From Octopus sinensis (taxonomy: Eukaryota), in NCBI RefSeq assembly GCF_006345805.1, contig NC_043013.1, forward strand, positions 39,556,001 to 39,620,000: DNA of 64,000 bases, written 5' to 3'. Below, one piece after another: positions 35,137-50,210 of the stretch. Both the position numbers and the translations under genes were made by a program. The notes below the pieces were generated by a model that saw only the letters and a program-made list of their open reading frames with translations, was not told the DNA's origin and ran no database searches. The first letter of the stretch is position 1, and every line of letters starts with the position of its first letter.

Positions 35137-38045
35137 TATGTTTTTTCCTTCTTTCTTCAAATTTTCTTCCGTTTCTCGCCGAGTGTTTTCCATACACCTA
35201 GGGCAGAGAAGGGCATTGTATGCATTCCCAAATTACACGCGCAAATTCAAAGATAAAATATGTATTTAAAAATTAATAAATAAATAAATTCATGGATGGA
35301 TGTTATTTTCACAGCGATAGTTCTCTTCTCAGTACATGAGCCGTTCCAGTTAATACGATTTTTTGCACTTACTGTAGAAATGGTAAGCCTGGAATCATTT
35401 TCAAATAGGTTTCAGTACCTTTTTTTATCATTCCTAGAGATCCTACAATCACTGGTACTGTAGTCGCCTTGAGATGCCACATTTTTTCAATTTCTATTAG
35501 CAGGTCTTTATATTTACTAATCTTGTCAAATTCCTTCGCCGCTATATTGTGATCACAGGGAATACTCATGTCAATTAATAAGCACGTCCTTTTTGTCTGA
35601 TCTTTTATAATAATATCCGGTTTATTAGCTTTTATAGTCCTGTCGGTCTGCACGGGGAAGTCCCATAGAATCGACACATTTTCTCCCTCAGTCACAGCTT
35701 CAGGATGATGTTTATACCATTTGTCAGCGGTTTTGATTTTATAATGCTGACATATTGTCCAATGTAAATACTGGCCGACTCTGTCATATCTTGCTTTATA
35801 TTCTGCTGGTGCTAAGACTCTACACCCTGAGATTAGGTGGTCTATTGTTTCAATATCATCGTTACAGAATCGGCATTTTGGGTCAGCTCCATTTTTCATC
35901 ACATTGGCTTGGTAGTTCCGGGTTAATAAGCTTTGGTCTTGAGTAGCTAATATGAAACCTTCACTCTCTGCTTTTAGCCCTGACCTTCGTAACCATTGGT
36001 GCGTGTGTTTCTGGTCGACATCAGCTTGTTTGCTACGGGCCACATACTTGCAATGCAGAGGTTTCTGTTCCCATCTGCTAGCTAATTTTACATGAGCTTT
36101 TGTCTTTGCAATTAATTTTATTTTCTTTGCAGCAGCAGTTGGCGCATTTCCTTCAGCATGATCAATCTGGTGGGTATCTAAGAGATCAGCAGCGAATTTT
36201 TTGCTCTCTTTGAGAATAGTGAAGTTTTTTCGGTCTTTCATGTTTTTCAACAAGTTTTAGCATCCAATCGTTGGTTGCTTCAAGATATTTGGCCAGTCCG
36301 ATTGTGGTGGTTTTGTATGTAAGTTCAAGCTGGATCAAACCTCGACCTCCCTGAGCTCTGGGAAGGTAAAGGCGATCCACGTCTGCCTTTGGATGGTGTA
36401 TCTTATTACAAGTCAGTAGCTTGCGGATTTTTCGGTCAATTTTCATTATTTCACTGGTATTCCAGTTAAGCACATTGAAGCTATAAAGAACAACTGGTAC
36501 TGCTAAGGAGTTTATGGCTAAAACCTTATTATATGCATTCAGCTCAGACTTCAGGACTGCTCGAACTCTTCTATAACATTCTTTCCTAACCTTCTCTTTC
36601 ATGCTTGCATGCTGGATACCAGAGCCTTCATTTATTCCTAGGTATTTATAGGTTTGTTCCTGCTCAAGTTCCTTTATTACTATTTCGACATCTAATTCAA
36701 TTGAACTAGACTTTACCGATTTCTTTTTCTTAAAAGTGGCTTTGGCACACTTTTCAAGGCCAAACTCCATCCCGATATCATCACTGAATCCTTTCACAGT
36801 ATGTAATAATCCTTCAAGCTCTTCATCATCTTTGCCATATAGCTTTAAGTCATCCATATAAAATAGATGGCTTATTTTCTTGTTGTCAATTTTGTAGCCA
36901 TATCCTGTTCTATTCAGTTCACTTGAGAGTGGTATTAGTGCTATGCAGAAAATTAGTGGTGAAAGTGAGTCACCTTGGAAAATTCCACAGTTTATGCTAA
37001 TGTTGTTTGAGTGCAATACTCCATTAGAATGATATAATTGGAGCTTCGTGTTTTAAAAAATCTGAAATTACAGGAGAAATTTTGAAAATGTCCAGCGATT
37101 TCAGAATCCACCAATGTGGTATGCTATCAAAGGCTTTTTTATAATCAATCCATGAAGAGCTGAGATTTCTGCGCTTGTTATGGTAGTTCTCAAGGATCAT
37201 GCGATTAATTAGGAGCTGATCTTTGCATCCGTATGAGCCTCGTCTGCATCCTTTTTGTTCAGTGGGAAAGAGGTTATTCTCTTCCATAAACGTATATGTT
37301 TTCTCTTCTAGAATAGATGTCAAAATCTTATAGGTAGTAGATAAACATGTTATAGGTCGGTAGTTTTTTGGGTCTTTCGTTTTGTTATTTTTGGGGAGGA
37401 GGTAAGTAATACCATTTGCCATCCAATGGGGTGTCTTTTCCGGGTCTTTCATAATACTATTAAATAGTATTACTAACATTTTGTGTACGGACGAGAGTCA
37501 TGAGAGCCAGAAATTTGGTACTCTGTCAATACCAGGGAATTTCCACTTATGAGCCTTCGTTAGTGCCCTCCTTAGGTCGGCGATTGAGATGTCTCCCCAT
37601 ACTTGTTCTTGTAGATTTTTGTAGTCATCTTGGGTGCGTTTGATCCACTCTGCATTTTCATTGTATGGTTTTCTCATCACTCCAGATCCCCTTCCAAAAG
37701 TTTTCAACTTCTTCCATTAGGGGTGGATTTTCAATGATTATTTTTTCTTTCCCTATTTCCCTGTAAAGTGATTTGGCATTGGATTTGAACATCTTATTTT
37801 GTTTGTAGAATTTGATTCTTTTCTCAAATCTGCGTATTCTCTGAGCTTTTGCTTGAACTTTTTGTTTAAGTGTTACTTTCACTGACATTAGTTCTTCTCT
37901 TGTTGAGTGTCCATATTTTCTCACAATCTTCCTGCCTTTTCTTGATCTTACATCATTTACAGAGATTAGCTCAGTTACTATTGATATCTCCCTTAGCAAT
38001 GATTCAGTTTCAGTTTCAATTCTACTCCTCCAATTTGATTTTCTT
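35137..38045 (-). mobile_element. 5'-truncated R4/Dong-type LINE (RT plus restriction-like endonuclease), frameshifted
   Basis: NYRPITCL, QKGCRRGSYGCKDQL, WIDYKKAFDSIPH, GIFQGDSLSPL, HLFYMDDLKLY, CRFC...ETIDHLISGC, KPDII, IDMSIP; (AAT)n-type tracts on both flanks. Confidence 0.92.
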
Positions 38046-38090
38046 CTTATTATTATTCTTCTTCTTTTTCTTCTTCTTCTTCTTCTTCTT

Positions 38091-38854
<764 letters not shown>

Positions 38855-38900
38855 TATTATTATTATTATTATATTATTATCATTATCATTATTATTATTA

Positions 38901-38939
<39 letters not shown>

Positions 38940-39399
38940 TGACTTAGGTTTGTTCTTATTTCTGGTAGAATTAGAATTGATGTGGGTTGCGAGTTACTTC
39001 CTTAACCTTAGATAGCCATAATATTTCAATAGACTTTAAAGTGCTTAAAACCTTCATGATAATCTTTACCGACTCTAAGAGGCAAACCTTTTCTGGGAGG
39101 ACAATTCTATTCCAATCTCCTTTAACCATTTCTCTATATCATTATTCACAGTTCCTAATGCACAGTTTTCATACACTGTATTCATTCAATATCCAATTTT
39201 GGAGAGATTGTAAGCTTTTAAATTATTGTCTTCAGTCTTTAGAATTCTGGAAACAAACGGACAAATGGATGAATTAGTAAGTAATTTAGCTTTTCATCAT
39301 TACTATTATTACTAAAGACCTTGCGCAGTATCCAATATCGTGATGTGGTAGAGTTAAGCTATTGTGACTATCAGGGGTTTGTACTATCTGTCAAGTCAC

Positions 39400-40960
39400 A
39401 ACAAGTACCTCAGACAGACAGTACTTTACGTAATATGCGTGCAGTTTCAAGTATAGCCGATTTTCGAAATGCACCAATATTGTATGGTAATTCTAAAGTT
39501 TTCAGACGTTTCTTCAGGTTGGGTGGTATTGAACCCAATGCCCCGACGACAACAGGGACAAACTTTGTGGTTGATTTTCGGAACTGCCACACTTTGGTGA
39601 TCTCAATTCTCAGGTCTCCATATCTCTCAGCCTTTTCTCTTTCTGTCTGGAAGTCAAAGTCCCAGAGGATTTTTTGCCTTCTCGTTTTCGTTCATTACAT
39701 TTTTCGGTGTATGTTAGTATCAAGCACCCGTTACCTCGTAGTCATATTCCGGCAGAATAGCCGATTTTGGACTACCCTTTTATGTCTGCGCTTGTACTCT
39801 TCCTGCGCAAGACTTTCACAGGTACCAACAATGTGAGCCACTCTCCCGATTTTGTCACACATTTTGCTGAGTTTCGTTGCTCTAGTGTGGTATATATCCC
39901 TTTCCACTGAGTTGGTGTTCTATAGCTGGTCCTGGGTAGCGATGATTAGGCTTCCGGTCGTCTTTTCAAGGTCACCCTTGCAAATCCACTTCCATGATGC
40001 TTTCTGGTCTTTTCAGTTTCACCGTGGAACTGACCTTGCAATTCCATGATGAGTAGAGATTCTATTCTCTTTTTGACTATTCGTGATCGGAATTCATTAG
40101 CACTGTCATTGTTGCTAAATTCTTCTGCATTAATAGCATACTTTGTCATGTCTTGTTTGCTGTTTACCAAATACTCTGCCATGTTTCTTGTTTCACTGTT
40201 AATGCACTCCCGTACGCTGATTAGGCCACGTCTACGTTTACACCTTTTCATGTACAGCCTTAGGGTGGAGGGCATCATGCATTGTCATCGTTTTTCCAGT
40301 AGTGCGATCGAGTTGGTCAATCTCCGTTCGTGCCCATTTCAGAAAGGATGCACTATAGCGGAATATACCAACGCCCACATGCTGATGACAGTTACAAGGT
40401 TCCTTGCGTTGAATTTTGACTTCAAGAGAATTTTGGGACGCTTTAGATATGCAGTGATGCCCTTGTCTTTCATTTCTCTGTGCAAGATATTGTTCAGCTC
40501 CAGAATGCAAGATACTTGTAGCCATCATCATCCGGGTCTTCTATTCGCTCTCCGTTTAGCAGTTCCATACCCCTGCAATCTGCTCTTTTCCCTTGCTTCA
40601 AAGTGAGAACCACACACTTTGGAGATCCTGAATTCTATCCCTATATCCTTGCTGTACATCTACAGAGTTTCAACCAGCCTCTTCTTTTCAAGCTTTATCT
40701 TAACCAAGTCTTGAATGATCCATGATGAGAAGGTGGTTGAGACGAGTTCCATTCTTTCTCATCTCATAGTGCGCGTTGACTTTGTATAGAACTAAAGAAA
40801 GTGGGATCAAGGCTGTAACAATGGGGAACAAGAATCTCCCGAGAAGATGACTCTTTTGATTGTTACTTCAGCTAAAAGCTGATAGTTAAAGAAAAGAGGT
40901 ATTTTCCAACTTGGCACGTTGTTCTTAATCAGTGCACACGCATGACGAATGTTTCCAGAA
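39400..40960 (-). mobile_element. Older R4/Dong-type LINE fragment
   Basis: IFSGDSCSPLL, RLYMKRCKRRRGLISVRECI, VPVVVGALGSIP; many disablements. Confidence 0.8.
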
Positions 40961-41159
40961 TCTACGAATGCAGCAACTATTATTATTATTATTATTATTG
41001 TCGTTGTTGTTGTTGTTGTTGTTGTTGTTGTCATATACACTTAACAGATTAAATTGTTGGAAAAGAAAAGAATCCTAACATTGGGCTACAACAAGTAGCC
41101 TTAGATGCCAAAAACCGTCCTACTGGATTACAGCAAGTAACCTCAGATGCCAAGAATCC

Positions 41160-41460
41160 GCCTAAGAATCCTATCTGTTCGTAATAACACTATTTTCTAG
41201 AGCTGTACTAAACTGGGTTTTACGCCTATTTCCTCTCTCCTTCTGTTCAGACCTTTAGGAATAGTTCCCAATGCACCTATAACTACTGGAATGCATTTTA
41301 CCCACATTTTCCACAGTCTCTGTAATTCAATAACTAGGTCCTGAGCGCTCGCTCTTGCTTGCTTTGGTTGATTCTTTGAGATTGGACAACAACCTGATGT
41401 CAGAGGTCTTACAGATTCCAGTTCACCCGCAACATGTATGTCTCATGCCCCCGTATATCC
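41160..41460 (-). mobile_element. R4-type LINE endonuclease C-terminal fragment
   Basis: DLVIELQRLWKMWVKCIPVVIGALGTIPKGL. Confidence 0.7.
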
Positions 41461-41861
41461 ATCTTCTCAAAGTTTTCTTATGGGGCGTGTATGGGAGAGC
41501 TTGAGAGTTGTACATAGATTTTAATGTGTTAATATAGTCTGTCGGGTGTTGCTCAACCATGATCTTCCACGCAGGTTGTGCCATAACAGTATCCTTCAAT
41601 CACAAGATATAGCTTGATAAAACTGCTGCATTGATAATTGAAGGGTTTCTAAACGAGCGAAAATGTTGGGGATATCTGGACTTGAAATTGTTTGTAGTAA
41701 GACCTATACATGCTCTCGTAGAAGAACTAGTTGTAATATAGCACAGATATTAGACATTGATTATTTATGCAGAGAGAATTAATGCAGCACGCTCTGGCAT
41801 CATTAAAATTTTAGCTGGATCTATGTCCCATTTGAACTTTTCGTATTGTTACTATGTCTAT

Positions 41862-42236
41862 TTATTACCTCCGCCTTAGCGAAGGCGGAGGTATTATTTT
41901 CAGTCGTGTTTGTTTGTTTGTCCGTAGACAAGATATCTCAGGGATCACTGGATGGGTTCGGATGAAACTTTCAGGGATATTTGGCTTCGTGACTGGCACG
42001 GCACGAACTGGTTATATTTTTGGAATCGATCCAATACCGGACAAGGATTCTGGATTATTTTCCTGTGTTAGTTTAGTTAATTTTTGAGAGCGGTCGGGTT
42101 CACTTTTAGTATTATTGTTTGTGAGAACAGTCGAGTTTATTATTTAAATATTTTCATTTTAAAAATCATCTCCGGCTAATCGTTGAGAGGACGTTGGTGT
42201 TGCCTTGGCAGAGGTTTGCCCTCTCAGAGTGCTCTT
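41862..42236 (+). mobile_element. Helentron/DINE-like non-autonomous element
   Basis: ttattacctccgcc..ggcggaggt 5' inverted motif, (gttt)n, 3' ggcagaggt plus short hairpin gccctctcagagtgc. Confidence 0.55.
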
Positions 42237-43293
42237 GTTGTATATTTGTATAACTTAATTAAAATAAAGGACCCAATATTTTAAGATAGTTTAAAAGTAA
42301 CTGAGTAAGATAGTGTAGTGGTATTGTGGCTAGATATTTCATACGAAGATACACTGAGGTTAGATTCGAAAGCTGTTTTAAAAACTAGTTCACTAAAGTC
42401 GTACTGAAGGTCCTTTCTGATATGCCCTATTTAACTAGAATTACGTTGACAAGTTCATCATCTCCCTAACATGAAGAATCTGTTCTTCAGCACATGGGGG
42501 ATGTAAAATACAACTCAGTCCCTAAATTACACCGAATCACATGTGTAATTTACCGCAAGCTAACATACTTAATATAGTGAATAAATGAGAATTTTAATCA
42601 ATTGAACGTACGTTCGTAATGAGAGGGAAAATCATTAGAGTTAATGACAATTCTTTTCAATGAAGGAAAGGAAGAGATTTCTGAAATTTAAATTGATTAA
42701 AAATTGAATAAAGATATGCAAAGAAATGGAGTCTGAACATCGTTGAGCACCGCGATAACTCCAGCTGTGTTTCAGGTTTAATAGACCTTATTAATTCAGT
42801 AAAGCTGAACATATACTCTGCAGATATCTGAATTGTTTTGAGAGGATATAGTTCTTTTGAAAAATTATATGGTAAGTTAAAATACTGTATAGGGAAATTA
42901 ACATAACTATACGGTGATCATGCGGAAAGCAGCCATTGAACATTTTGATATAATGGCTTAGTTTGTAATAAGGTGATAGCATATGTGAAGCCGATAGAGA
43001 TAGCGAAAAGACAAAAAAGAACATTAACACAGATTAATAATGCTTGGCTTCAATTACATTACTTCAAATGCAAAGAGTCAACCTTCTATGTCATTGCTTC
43101 GGTTGTTTGAATAAGAATAATGTACATTAAAAGATACAAATTAAATACAAAGAACATGAGTTGGAAATGTCTACTGAGGTAAAGGAAAAGATCTAAATAA
43201 AAAGAAATCCTTCAAATGAACAGAGCTAAACGAGTTTTCTCCTCAAGGTACAAAAGAATCTTAAGTAAGAAATGAAGAAATGTGTCAGAAAAA

Positions 43294-43372
43294 CCCTCCA
43301 GCCTTCTTCAGGTGTCTTAGGAGAAATTTCGAACCAGGGTTCTCATTCCTAAGGTATTTTTCGATGGTGTTG
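43294..43372 (-). mobile_element. Truncated third copy of the hammerhead-tail element
   Basis: ccctccagccttcttcaggtgtc...ttctcattcctaaggtatttttcgatg, followed by (gtt)n(att)n. Confidence 0.65.
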
Positions 43373-43378
43373 TTGTTG

Positions 43379-43438
<60 letters not shown>

Positions 43439-43463
43439 ATTATTATTATTATTATTATTATCA

Positions 43464-43518
<55 letters not shown>

Positions 43519-44399
43519 GCATGTATGTATGTATATGTATGTATGCATATACAGACATACACGCGCACACATACAGACAAAACAGACACACATGCACACA
43601 CACATATATAGATGAATGAACGCATCTATGTTTTTAATTCTTCCTAAAAGAGTTCACGCCGGTCACAGTGACTATATTTCTGTTAAGAGAGTAGTTAGTG
43701 TTTGTAAATGTGTGGTCGAGTTGGTGTGTCGGCTGAGCTGTCGATGCATACATCCAAGTGTGTACATCTATTCCTATCAGAATCTAAAGCGGAGAACTTT
43801 TGGAATGTTTTACAAATTTTCCCTGTGCCACTAATAAATTGGATTTGGAAAATCCGCATCAGTTTCTCTTGCTTTTTTCCTTGTGAAACCGACTATGTTT
43901 AGGTTTTCATGCATATTTGTTGGTACCATAGCCTAATGCACCTAAGATTAGAGGTACAAATGAGAATTTATCGTCAGGGCAGAAGAGCTGTTAGTTTTGC
44001 TTAATTCACCATAAATGTTCTCTTTTTCCTGGACCTTCGATTGTACATTCACATCCGCTGCTTTTGTATACAAATACCGAGGAGAAATCTTGCGGAACAG
44101 ACGTTATTTTAATGAGATACATCTTTTAATCACCTGAGGAAACACATCTACCCTGACGCATACACCTAAATCCAGATGCTCAGTATTCTACCTGTGGGGG
44201 ATCGATGCTTGAGATTCTGATATGAATAGACGCACACATGTATGCATCGACAGCTCATCCGACACACCAACTCGACCACACATTTACAAACACCGACTAC
44301 ATGACAGATGTTTTGATGGGTGTATTCCATATGCTGGCATCTGTGTGTATTCAATAACAGGACGATTCTCTATATTCATTCCAGGACAGTCTTTCTTCC

Positions 44400-45400
44400 G
44401 AATAGCATTGTATATTGTTTTTGTGACAATGTCATGTCGCACAGGGAGCTAGTACCTTGATGATATTTTTGAGCAGCTGATAATCACGTGTGATGTCCAC
44501 AGAAATATACCATAATCTACAGTCACGGATATATCTTGGGACGTCAAGAGCTTCACTGTCTCTTTCGTTTGTTAGGCATTTAGTAGCAATATCCTGTTGT
44601 TGGATTGCAAATACATAGCATTCGAAGTGTGATGTAATGTAGCAGTCATGAGTCCTCGAGAGGCTTCGCTTTGTGTCAATATTACTATCTTCAAGTCCAT
44701 GAGAAACATACCTCTGCATGGTCCTGATTTAGTATGCTGGGCATTTCACTTCCAGTTCGTCTTTCAGTCATGCTAGTCCAGCTGATTTGGGGTTGTATGA
44801 GCAGTTATCAGGAAGAGAGTACTTCCTAAGGAGTTCACTTCCAACACGTAGGATATTGTTTTCTTCACTTTTCAGCACTAAGTTAATATATTCATTTTTG
44901 CTGCTGTTTTTGTGATGTCTGAGAGAGACTATGCAACATTCGACGGTTGTCTGCACTGATCTCAAGCCCCTTACCTCTTTTATCTTCTCTTAGGTAGAGC
45001 CGGTCGATATCACTATTTTTGTGGAGATTGCCAATTGATTTTAGAATCTTGGGGGATTTAATGTCTATGAAGTGGATTTCTTCTACTAACCAGCAATTAT
45101 CCCAAATGTTGGAACCAGCACATTTACTGCATTTTGAGATATTATCGTGTTGTAAGAGGAGAGTTCAAACTGCCACATTTTACTTAGTCTGATGTAATAT
45201 TCTAGGGTCACTCTATCTTTATTCACAATACCGAGGTAAGATATATTTTCATCAACGCCAAGGTACTTGTAGCATTCTTTATGTAGAATAGGAGAAATAG
45301 TGAAGCACAGGTTTTGTGTCTGGGAGACTGATTTTCCCCGTTCTACAATTAAATAAGAGCATTTCTTCTGGTCAAATTCCATTCCGATATTAGCTGAAAA
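44400..45400 (-). mobile_element. Degenerate R4-type LINE RT fragment
   Basis: MEFDQKKC...YKYLGVDENI...ELSSYN...NVLVPTFGI. Confidence 0.7.
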
Positions 45401-46709
45401 TGTGTCTGTATGTATGTCATTATTTACTTTTACTTCAAGATTTCTTGCTATTAGAGAAAGGGCCGGTTTCTAACCTAGATCCAAGGCTCCTTCACTGGAA
45501 TTTCGACATCAACAAGATATTTTTTTTATGTATGTATGTATGTATGTATGTATGTATGTATGTATTTATGTATGTGTGTATATATGTGTGTGTATGTATG
45601 AATGTATGTATTTATGTATGTATGTATGTATGTATGTATGTATGTATGAATGTATGTATGTATGTATGTATGTATGTATGTATGTATGTATGTATGTATG
45701 TATGTATAACTTCACAAGCTACATGATGCATTAAAAAAATTCCTGTTTGAAGGGCATTGAAAAAACACATCCCAGCGTGTTTAGCTAAACTATTTCTATT
45801 TAAAATCCTTATGTTATAACATATTTTAATATGAGAGACGTGTCACCAATATACAGACAGAACAAACCTGTTGTTTGTTGTTGCTCTTGTTTAGCTCCGT
45901 TTCAACCCTGCCTGAGCTGACCCTCGAACAAAGGTGCTGAACTTACTACCAACTCGTCTTTCGAATACATTTGAATGCTATAAAGTCCCCAGTTTGACAT
46001 CGAAGTGGACAACGTCTAATAACATGTAGCCACATTAGAATGTATTCTGCAAGGCTAGGTACGCGAAGAATTGAGAGACGTCTAGATTTACTTGTGTAAC
46101 GAATTACTAGACTGTGTCGGATGACCTAAGCTAGGAGATCGTTGAAAAATATGACTTTAGAAAAAAAAACATGCAGATCACGTGGCTTAGTGGTGAGACG
46201 TTGTATCCTTGAGCAACACAGTTTATTTTTCTTTACTCCCGTCCATTCAGCTGGTAAAAACGAGTTATAATTGTTATTCAAAAAGGGCCATGCTTGCAAC
46301 ATTATATGTCACGCTGAATCTCCCTGAGAAATACCTATTTCTTTACTACCCACAAGGGGCTAAACACAGAGAGGACAAACAAGGACAGACAAACGGATTA
46401 AGTCGATTACATTAACCCCAGTTCGTAACTGGTACTTAATTTATCGACCCGAAAGGATGAAAGGCAAAGTCGACCTCGGCGGAATTTGAACTCAGAACGT
46501 AGCGGCAGACGAAATATGGCTTCGCATTTCACCCGGCGTGCTAACGTTTCTGAGAAATACCTTAAGGTTACTAGTGTCTGTGAAGCGCTGAGCCCCTTGC
46601 ACGTGACTTTCACCAGCAAAATGTTCCACGAGATCCAGTGTAACACACGTCATCGTAACCGAGAAAGACCAGGGTAGATTACATATAAACGTGTACGTAT
46701 GTATGTATG

Positions 46710-46743
<34 letters not shown>

Positions 46744-47266
46744 TGTATGTATGTATGTATGTATACATGCATGTATGTATGAATGTATGTACATACGGAT
46801 GCATGTATGCATGTATGTATGTATGCATGTATACATGCATGTGTGTATGAATATATGTATGTATGTATTATGTATGTATGTATGTATGTATGTATGTGTG
46901 TGTCTGTATTTCATTTATTCTTGAACTTGTTTCAGTCATTTGACTGCGGTCATGCTGGAGCACTGAATTCAGCCAAACAAACCGACCCCAGAACTTATTC
47001 TTTGTCATTCTACAAAACATAATTTTTTTATTTATTAAAATTAGATCTGCTTCTGTAGGACGTGTCTAAATTATCGAATAGCAATTAAGAGTAGCTCAAC
47101 TTGAGACAGGAAAATAATCCCCAGAAATCTCCAAAGTTAAGATGTCATTATAAAATGGATGTGTTTATTGTCCGCAGATAAGAAGACAGCCAAGGACACG
47201 CGTTTCAGGCTTAATAACTGTCATTAGCACGATCATCACCCTAAATGCCAATTACGTTACCCTTAA

Positions 47267-47486
47267 CCCTTTTGTACTGCATTTATTTTAAGATGCTCTG
47301 TGTTTCTTTCAATTATTTTAGATACAACAAAAAATTTAGTAAAATAACTTGGTTATCATTAAACTAGTGTCAGGAACATAAATTGTGACTAAGGTTTGGT
47401 GGCAGATTTTAATTCAAAACTTATGAAAACAAGACATTTGTACTACAGAGCCAGGGCCGGTTTCAGCCGGGTTGGTGCCAGAAGGG
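47267..47486. mobile_element. piggyBac-like MITE
   Basis: TTAA|CCCTT ... AAGGG|TTAA termini. Confidence 0.65.
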
Positions 47487-48299
47487 TTAAATATTTTTCA
47501 CACTTACTATATAAGTAAAAGCTTGTGTGTGTGTGTCCTAGTTTTTAGCAGTAGTGTGGCCTCCCCCTCAGCCCCATCCCCTCACCCCATTGTGCTGCTG
47601 TTGTCCTAAGATCCCCCCACCACAAAGAAAGACAATATGGTACAGTTCCTGTATCTCTCTGTTGGTGTGTTCGCCCACGGTGTTGCCATCGTGCTCGTTG
47701 TTGTTGTTATTACCATCGTCGTCACGGCCGCTGCTGCTGTCGCTGGTAATTTTGCTGTTGACATTGATATGGCCGTCCATGAAATTTCTTGTGTGTGTTT
47801 GTGCGTGTGTATCGGCTCGCTTCATATGTTATATGTATCCATACCCTTCAAAATAGTTTCATTTATTTATTTCTATGTCTTATATTTATCACAGAAATGT
47901 GATAAATATAGTTATATATTTAACTATTTATCCAGCTATATATATATATATATATTTTTTATACATCTATCTCTATTTCTCATAAGTATCACAGGTAAGT
48001 GCATATATGACTATAGTGTGTGTATTACCCTGTAAGTTTCTGTGTATTATTTACGATTTTTTTCTTTTTCCCTCTCACTTCTCACCTCTTCCGTCTTTGG
48101 TGATGTGGTGTGGTGTAGTGGTGGGTGTTACTGTTCCATTCGTGTTTCCTATTGAGTCTCGGTCTGTATATAACCTCTGTGATCTGTCTAAGTGTTGTGT
48201 CAGTTTAATGTTTCGATGGTACTTTATCTTCTATGCTATTAATCGAGCCTCCATGTTCTGTCTGAGCATGTTGGCAGAGCTCTAACGAGCTTTTCCCTT

Positions 48300-48495
48300 C
48301 TCTGAGCGCACAAATGGTTGCATAAACAACCGAAAATATTCATCTTGGAGGGAATACGCAAGCTTGTAGATCGCTGGATCATGTGCATCGAAAAGGAAGG
48401 ACACTACAGAGAAAAATGAGGTATTTGTTTACCCCCTGCGTTTGTGTAAATACAATGAAAAACCAAAAGTGTATATAATTTTTTACCCTTCCACA
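48300..48495 (+). mobile_element. 3' remnant of another mariner
   Basis: HKWLHKQPKIFILEGIRKLVDRWIMCIEKEGHYREK*. Confidence 0.65.
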
Positions 48496-48501
48496 TATAT
48501 A

Positions 48502-49781
48502 CGAGGGACGTTCAATAAATAATGCCCCTGACCCACTTGCAGTTGTTTTATTTTGCATGTGCAATTATCGATATGTCTATAGATTAAGTGGAAAATTACA
48601 GCTCTGAACTAATCGTGGTTTCTGATTTACAGGTGTTTGAACTGAGTCAAGTGTGAAATGGAGCCTGTTGAGTGTCGAGCAGTGATCCGGTTTTTGTATT
48701 TGAAAGGAAGCACACCACGGGAGACTTTTGATGAAATGAAAGTAACTTATGGTGATGATGCTCCATCATATGACCTTGTAAAACGCTGGCATCGTGAATT
48801 CAAACATGGTCGGAACTCTGTGGAAACAGCTCCCAGATCTGGTCGCCCCCCTTCTGCCATTGATGAGGCATCTGTCCGTCAAGTTGAGGCTGACATTTTG
48901 GAAGATCGACGCATAACTATTCGCCAAAGAGCCCATGAGGTCAAGATTAGTACCAGGTCTGTGGAAACTATCATTCATGACCATTTGCATATGCAAAAGG
49001 TGTCTGCCAGATGGATTCCCAGGTTGCTCACACCTTTCCAGAAGCAAGAACGCGTCGAGTGCTCGAGGATGAATTGGAGACGTGCCAAGAAGATGAATCA
49101 AAATTTTTCAAAAGTCTGATTACACAGGATGAAACCTGGGTCCATCACTATGATCCAGAGACCAAAGCCCTGTCAATGCAGTAGAAGCACCGTGACTCAC
49201 CTCCTCCAAAGAAGGCAAGGGTGCAGCCCTCCGCTGGCAAGGTCATGCTCACAGTCTTCTGGGACCAGGACGGAGTAGTGATGACAGATTTCCTGGCAAA
49301 GGGTACCACAATTACAGGAGCCTATTATGCTTCACTTTTGAGGAAATTAAGAGAAGCTATCAAAATCAAGAGGCGGGGCAAGATCAGCAAAGGCATCCTC
49401 CTCCTGCAGGACAACGCTACGGTCCACAACTCGCGTGTCGCCAGATCAGAAGCACAGGCGTGCGGCTATGAACTCCTCCCCCATCCCCCTACTCTCATGA
49501 CCTTGCACCCTCTGATTTTCACCTCTTCCCAGCCATGATGTTGCTTTTGAAAGGAAAGCGTTTCCCAGATGATGCAGCCTTGATTTCTGAAGTCACGTCG
49601 TGGTTGGAGGACCAAGCTGGGGTCTTCTACAAAAACGGTCTCCAGAGCTGCATCAAACAATGGGAGAAATGCGTAACTCTGGGTGGTTCCTATGTAGAAA
49701 AAGACTAATAACTGTGCCAAGTTTTGTTGCTCTACTGCTATGGGAAGTGGGTCAGGGGCATTACTTATTGAACGCTCCTCG
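48502..49781 (+). mobile_element. Full-length 1280-bp mariner (irritans-like), inactivated
   Basis: TA TSD; TIRs cgagggacgttcaataaataatgcccctgaccc / gggtcaggggcattacttattgaacgctcctcg. Confidence 0.92.
48658..49708 (+). pseudogene. Mariner DD34D transposase pseudogene
   Basis: MEPVECRAVIRFL...WIPRLLT, QDETWVHHYDPE, LLQDNA, PHPP(Y)SHDLAPSDFHLF; frameshifts near 49070-49115 and 49490, and a TAG at ~49181. Confidence 0.9.
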
Positions 49782-49919
49782 TACATATGATTATGTTTGT
49801 GCGTGCTTATGTGTGTCTCTGTGTGTCTACCTGCTTACTTGTGTATAATTCCAGCTGTTATTTTCGCATTACTAATTCTTCGTTATCCTTTGAGAATTGG
49901 TCACTTGAAACTCTGAGTT

Positions 49920-50130
49920 ACTCTTTTACTCGTTTTAGTTATTTGACTGTGGCCATGCTGGAGCACCACCTTTAGTCCAGCAAATCGACCCCAGGACTTA
50001 TGTTTTGTAAGCCTAGTACTTATTCTATCGGTCTTTTTGCCGAACCACTAAGTTACGGGGACGTATACACTCCAGCATCGGTTGTCAAGCGATGTTGGGG
50101 GCAAACACAGACACACAAACATATACACAG

Positions 50131-50210
<80 letters not shown>

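Noticed and set aside
39321-40606. Plus-strand ORFs of 171 and 186 aa
   Set aside because: Antisense shadows of the minus-strand R4-type LINE fragment.
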